A DNA stretch of 30,196 nt, taken from positions 1 to 30,196 of the forward strand of contig JBDROI010000122.1 in assembly GCA_043810245.1 (NCBI GenBank), read 5' to 3'. Made by a program: the position numbers and the translations under genes. Below the pieces are notes generated by a model. That model saw nothing but the letters and a program-made list of their open reading frames with translations. It was not told the DNA's origin and did not search any database. Each line of letters starts with the position of its first letter. Position 1 is the stretch's first letter. This stretch comes from Candidatus Micrarchaeota archaeon. Its GTDB lineage: Archaea; Micrarchaeota; Micrarchaeia; Burarchaeales; JBDROI01. Positions 27,312-30,196 of this stretch are shown piece by piece.

Positions 27312-28051
27312 TCGTTCACCGTTTCAGTGCTCTCGTTTGGAGCTAATTTTTTTGCTATGAACTTGGAAATGGGCGAGATAACACGGGGCATGAGGAAAAT
27401 GCCTAGCAAGAAAGTTATAATCCATATAGCTGAGCAGATGCTGCGTGCTTTGATGACGGCTGCGTTAGGATAGAGAAAATGCACTTTGTTAGGTATGCGG
27501 CCTTTAACAGTATATTTTGTTGTGGATTTGTTTGGGGCGTGTGTTGGAGCTATAAATGGAGCAGGTATTCCATCCGTAATTATTACATTTGGAAAAATAT
27601 GTTGCATTACTGGGGGTATTTGACTTTGTTTACTGTAGGTATATTCTACTGCAAAGGATTCGGGAGTATTTTCTGGAACAGGAAAGGAAAGAGGCATTTC
27701 ATTAAAATAAGCTGTGAAAACTCTTGTATTTGGAGGGCATACGACCTTCTTGTTTTTATAGCGAAGTTGGATTGTGTTGTTGGCTACTTGAACGCTGAAT
27801 GTTTTTTGGGTAATTGTTTCATAAATATAGTTCATGATCGGAATGGATGTTAGCATAGGAAGGGCGCAGAAGGCTATTGCTAAAGAATATGTGAGGAGTG
27901 TTGAGCGCATTGTTTTTGGCTTATTAAGCAAAAGATTGCAGAAGTAGTATCTGAACGGACCTCTTTCCCTTAACGGAATTCTAGAAGGACGCCTAGGAAA
28001 AACAGGGCGGAAAAAAGGCCGTTGCAAGATTTGCGAACTAACCGGGGTCAT
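27308..28051 (-). CDS. Array member 6: leader plus TM-loop domain-TM module
   Basis: Starts MTPVSSQILQRPFFRPVFPRRPSRIPLRERGPF; same topology as members 3 and 4. Confidence 0.85.
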   Translation of the reverse strand: MTPVSSQILQRPFFRPVFPRRPSRIPLRERGPFRYYFCNLLLNKPKTMRSTLLTYSLAIAFCALPMLTSIPIMNYIYETITQKTFSVQVANNTIQLRYKNKKVVCPPNTRVFTAYFNEMPLSFPVPENTPESFAVEYTYSKQSQIPPVMQHIFPNVIITDGIPAPFIAPTHAPNKSTTKYTVKGRIPNKVHFLYPNAAVIKARSICSAIWIITFLLGIFLMPRVISPISKFIAKKLAPNESTETVNE

Positions 28052-28470
28052 GGTCTCACTACTCCTTCTTTTGATATGCTTGTTATTGCTGCTATCAGAG
28101 CCTCAATTGTTTTTGGATCTCTTTCTTTTGGCAAGCGCTGGAGAAGCATGCGCGGAATTTCGTAGGTGTCGAAGTAGCTTAAGCCAACTGCAGCTGCAAA
28201 GCGGATTCCTGGATCGTCGTCTAAAAGCAACTCAAAGAGGCGTGGAATTGCCTCTTGAACTTTATTTCTCCCCAGCTGCATGCATGCCTCGCACCGCTGT
28301 ATTGTACTGTATCTTGAATTTAATGTGAGAAGGTTGCGGGTTGTTTCTTTTTCATTTGGAGCAAAACGCCTTTCCGTAAGGGATCTGCCTGCAAAAGAGA
28401 ATTGTGGTTTGTTGGAGCTTCCAGTAGAGAAGAGGGGGAAAATTACCGCTTGCATATTTACTGCTGCCAT
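28048..28470 (-). CDS. HEAT-repeat (PBS-lyase-like) protein inside the array
   Basis: RCEACMQLG...AIPRLFELLLDDDPGIRFAAAVGL...LLQRLPKERDPKTIEALIAAI is a clear HEAT pattern. It lacks the full leader. Confidence 0.85.
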   Translation of the reverse strand: MAAVNMQAVIFPLFSTGSSNKPQFSFAGRSLTERRFAPNEKETTRNLLTLNSRYSTIQRCEACMQLGRNKVQEAIPRLFELLLDDDPGIRFAAAVGLSYFDTYEIPRMLLQRLPKERDPKTIEALIAAITSISKEGVVRP

Positions 28471-28471
28471 T

Positions 28472-28981
28472 TTAGTCTCCTTTAGTGTAAATTTCAGTTG
28501 ACTCTCCGTTGTACGGGAGATAGTTTGCTATGCTTGAGAATGATTTGAGGCCAAGGACTCGCTGAAGCATTTGTATGTCGTCTGTTTTCTTTAGGAAGTG
28601 AAGCGCAAATGAGTAGCGGAGCGTGCGCGAAGTGATGTTTGAGAAGCCCGCTTCTTCAGAATATTTCTTTATTATGTGCTGAACTCTGCGCGGAGTAAGC
28701 GAACCTCCATAGCCTTTGAAGAGATGCCTGCGCTTTGAAGTGAATGAGCACAGTTTCTCAAGGAGCGGAGAGGAAAGAGAGAGTGTGCGCGGAGTTGACG
28801 GAATTGTTAGCGTGGATTCCTGGAAGTTGATGTCCTTTGTTTTTAGGGAGGTAAGTTCGCCCACTGTTAATCCGCATGAAGAAAGAAGCTCGAGTATGAG
28901 CTGGTCGCGAGAGTTTGAGGAAGCTCGCTCTACAATTAGGGAAATCTGCTCTTGGGTGAGTTTGCTGTTAGGCGTCTTCAT
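28472..28981 (-). CDS. Tyrosine-recombinase (XerC/D-like) catalytic-domain-only protein with a degenerate active site
   Basis: RDQLILELLSSCGLTVGEL..L...DI, TSRTLRYSFALH and LQRVLGLKSFSSIANY align with Box I/Box II. There is no N-terminal core-binding domain. Confidence 0.85.
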   Translation of the reverse strand: MKTPNSKLTQEQISLIVERASSNSRDQLILELLSSCGLTVGELTSLKTKDINFQESTLTIPSTPRTLSLSSPLLEKLCSFTSKRRHLFKGYGGSLTPRRVQHIIKKYSEEAGFSNITSRTLRYSFALHFLKKTDDIQMLQRVLGLKSFSSIANYLPYNGESTEIYTKGD

Positions 28982-29384
28982 TTTTCTTCCTCTTTTTTAT
29001 GAAATGATTTGCAAGAACGTAAGTTGAAAGATAACCAGTTAGAAGTGTGAAAGCTACGTAAACTATAGCGACAGTGAGGCCCGCTAATTTGCCTATAGAA
29101 TCCGCTAATGTACCAGTTGCTACTGAAAAAAAGACGGCAAAAGGAATCGCACGGAAACCTAGCGAAACATTGCTGGGAAGTTCTATGTTTTCTTGGCGAG
29201 ATTCAAAAGAATAAAGTTTTGATACGCATGCACACGTAAGCAGTGCCTCATAGCGGAATTTTTTATCAAATTGCAGAAGCTTGTATTTGAAGGGGTTTTT
29301 TTCTCTTAGTGGGATTAAAGATGGAGTTTTAGAGAAGTTAAGGCGGAAGCCCGGTTTTTGCAGGAGTTGTGTTGCTATTGTCAT
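28968..29384 (-). CDS. Array member 7: leader plus C-terminal TM hairpin
   Basis: Starts MTIATQLLQKPGFRLNFSKTPSLIPLREKNPF. Confidence 0.85.
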   Translation of the reverse strand: MTIATQLLQKPGFRLNFSKTPSLIPLREKNPFKYKLLQFDKKFRYEALLTCACVSKLYSFESRQENIELPSNVSLGFRAIPFAVFFSVATGTLADSIGKLAGLTVAIVYVAFTLLTGYLSTYVLANHFIKKRKKNEDA

Positions 29385-29881
29385 ATTTCTTCCTCGTTTG
29401 AAGTTTTGAGCTTCTTTTCAAGCCAAGTGAAAAAAACAAATGGTTTAAACGAAATGGATGTCATGTCTTCCATTGCTAAGATTATGAGCGCGGCCACGCT
29501 GGGCAGACAAGATAAAATCAAATAACGCAAGGAAAGCGTGGAGTAAATAGAAACTGCTAAGGGTATGAAGGGCATTGAAGAAATGCATTTTAGCAGAAAT
29601 TTTTGAATGGAATTTATGAGATTAACAAATTCGAAACGGTTTACTATTTGATCATTAGTCATTCCGTTCTGCTTGACTTTTAGGGCTTGGGTTATTTCAG
29701 TTATTTCTTCCTTGTCAAGATGACAAGTACGGAGCGCAAAGTTTCCTGAGAATATTACTGCTTCATCCATTAGTTTGGAAACCAACGGATGCCTCTCTTT
29801 GAATGGAAGTTTAGTTGGGCTGCTAGGAAATATGATCTGAGAACCGGGTCGTTGAAGTAGTTGCGTGTTTATTCTCATCAT
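29381..29881 (-). CDS. Array member 8: leader plus C-terminal TM hairpin
   Basis: Starts (M)MRINTQLLQRPGSQIIFPSSPTKLPFKERHPL. Confidence 0.85.
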   Translation of the reverse strand: MMRINTQLLQRPGSQIIFPSSPTKLPFKERHPLVSKLMDEAVIFSGNFALRTCHLDKEEITEITQALKVKQNGMTNDQIVNRFEFVNLINSIQKFLLKCISSMPFIPLAVSIYSTLSLRYLILSCLPSVAALIILAMEDMTSISFKPFVFFTWLEKKLKTSNEEEI

Positions 29882-30196
29882 AAATCACCGTGATTTTTTT
29901 TAGAAAATACTCCAAGTTCAGTTAAACCTACACCTAGCATAAGCCCTCCGAAGATTGAAGTGATGCTAATAACGGCATAAATAGAGAAGAGGAAGAATTT
30001 TCCCAACAGGGTGGAAGTTTTGTGAACCTTGCTGAAGTCTGTATTGCTATTGAGAACTCCAAACGATTCGTTTTTTGTTTCCTTAAGAGATTCTTCTAAA
30101 GTTATAGTGCGGTTTGGGAGAAAAACTTCATACTTTTTGATTGCTGAAGCGAGGTTTGCTATGGTTTCTTCGTTTTCTTTATCTGAAACGATTAGA
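29878..30196 (-). CDS. 3' part of a further array gene (5' end outside the window) with C-terminal TM segments
   Basis: Open frame from 30195: LIVSDKENEETIANLASAIKKYEVF...LLGKFFLFSIYAVISITSIFGGLMLGVGLTELGVFSKKNHGDL*. Its stop overlaps the next ATG (ATGA). Confidence 0.7.
   Translation of the reverse strand, partial: LIVSDKENEETIANLASAIKKYEVFLPNRTITLEESLKETKNESFGVLNSNTDFSKVHKTSTLLGKFFLFSIYAVISITSIFGGLMLGVGLTELGVFSKKNHGDL

Larger units (their letters stand above)
24305..29878 (-). repeat. Eight dispersed ~96-nt coding repeats (leader motif) at 24305-24400, 24730-24825, 25467-25562, 26542-26637, 27063-27158, 27953-28051, 29289-29384 and 29783-29878
   Basis: Manual codon alignment; Q6, P21, E28 and P31 are invariant in 8/8. 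Confidence 0.92.

Noticed and set aside
24305-29878. Leader as a Sec, Tat or class III signal peptide
   Set aside because: No hydrophobic h-region, no consistent RRxF motif (only scattered RR) and no G|x prepilin cleavage site.
24038-30196. Integron or shufflon interpretation of the array (tyrosine recombinase plus repeated units)
   Set aside because: Genes overlap, leaving no room for attC-like palindromes. Repeats are conserved as peptide with synonymous variation. All units are co-oriented (no inversion sites). The recombinase lacks catalytic residues and the IntI-specific insertion.
24038-30196. CRISPR array or diversity-generating retroelement
   Set aside because: Repeats are in-frame coding sequence with several-hundred-nt intact ORF bodies between them. 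There are no cas genes, no reverse transcriptase and no TR/VR pair differing only at adenines in the window.

Overview
Archaeal chromosomal window. The archaeal-type RFC small subunit, NadM, IleRS, MtaB-like methylthiotransferase and class III signal-peptide protein occur together with bacterial-type gyrase and class I CysRS, which suggests a DPANN lineage such as Micrarchaeota (inference, not tested). Bases 1-24 kb are mostly housekeeping or typical accessory genes: gyrB (5' truncated), gyrA, cysS, a pilin-like gene, a CBS+HPF-like protein, an AAA/DUF4143 ATPase, an mtaB-like gene, a toxin-antitoxin pair, ileS, rfcS, two paralogous lipoproteins and nadM. From 24.0 kb to the window end there is a gap-free, translationally coupled minus-strand operon of at least 12 ORFs. 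Eight of them begin with the same fixed-length ~31-aa basic, Pro-rich N-terminal motif (MxxN[ST]Q[LI]LQ[KR]PxFxxxFPxxPSx[IL]PxRExHP) fused to variable membrane or HEAT-like 'cargo' domains. A catalytically degenerate tyrosine-recombinase-fold gene sits in the middle of this operon. This leader-tagged array is the best candidate for an undescribed system. A second unexplained signal is a structured non-coding element present in two diverged copies (14.75-14.90 kb and 20.06-20.19 kb) with a compensatory base-pair change. Two small ORFs missing from the ORF track were also found: a 59-aa 4xCxxC zinc-finger protein and a 49-aa ORF inside the array. I saw no tRNA, rRNA or CRISPR array. All protein family calls are from motif recognition by eye; no searches were run.
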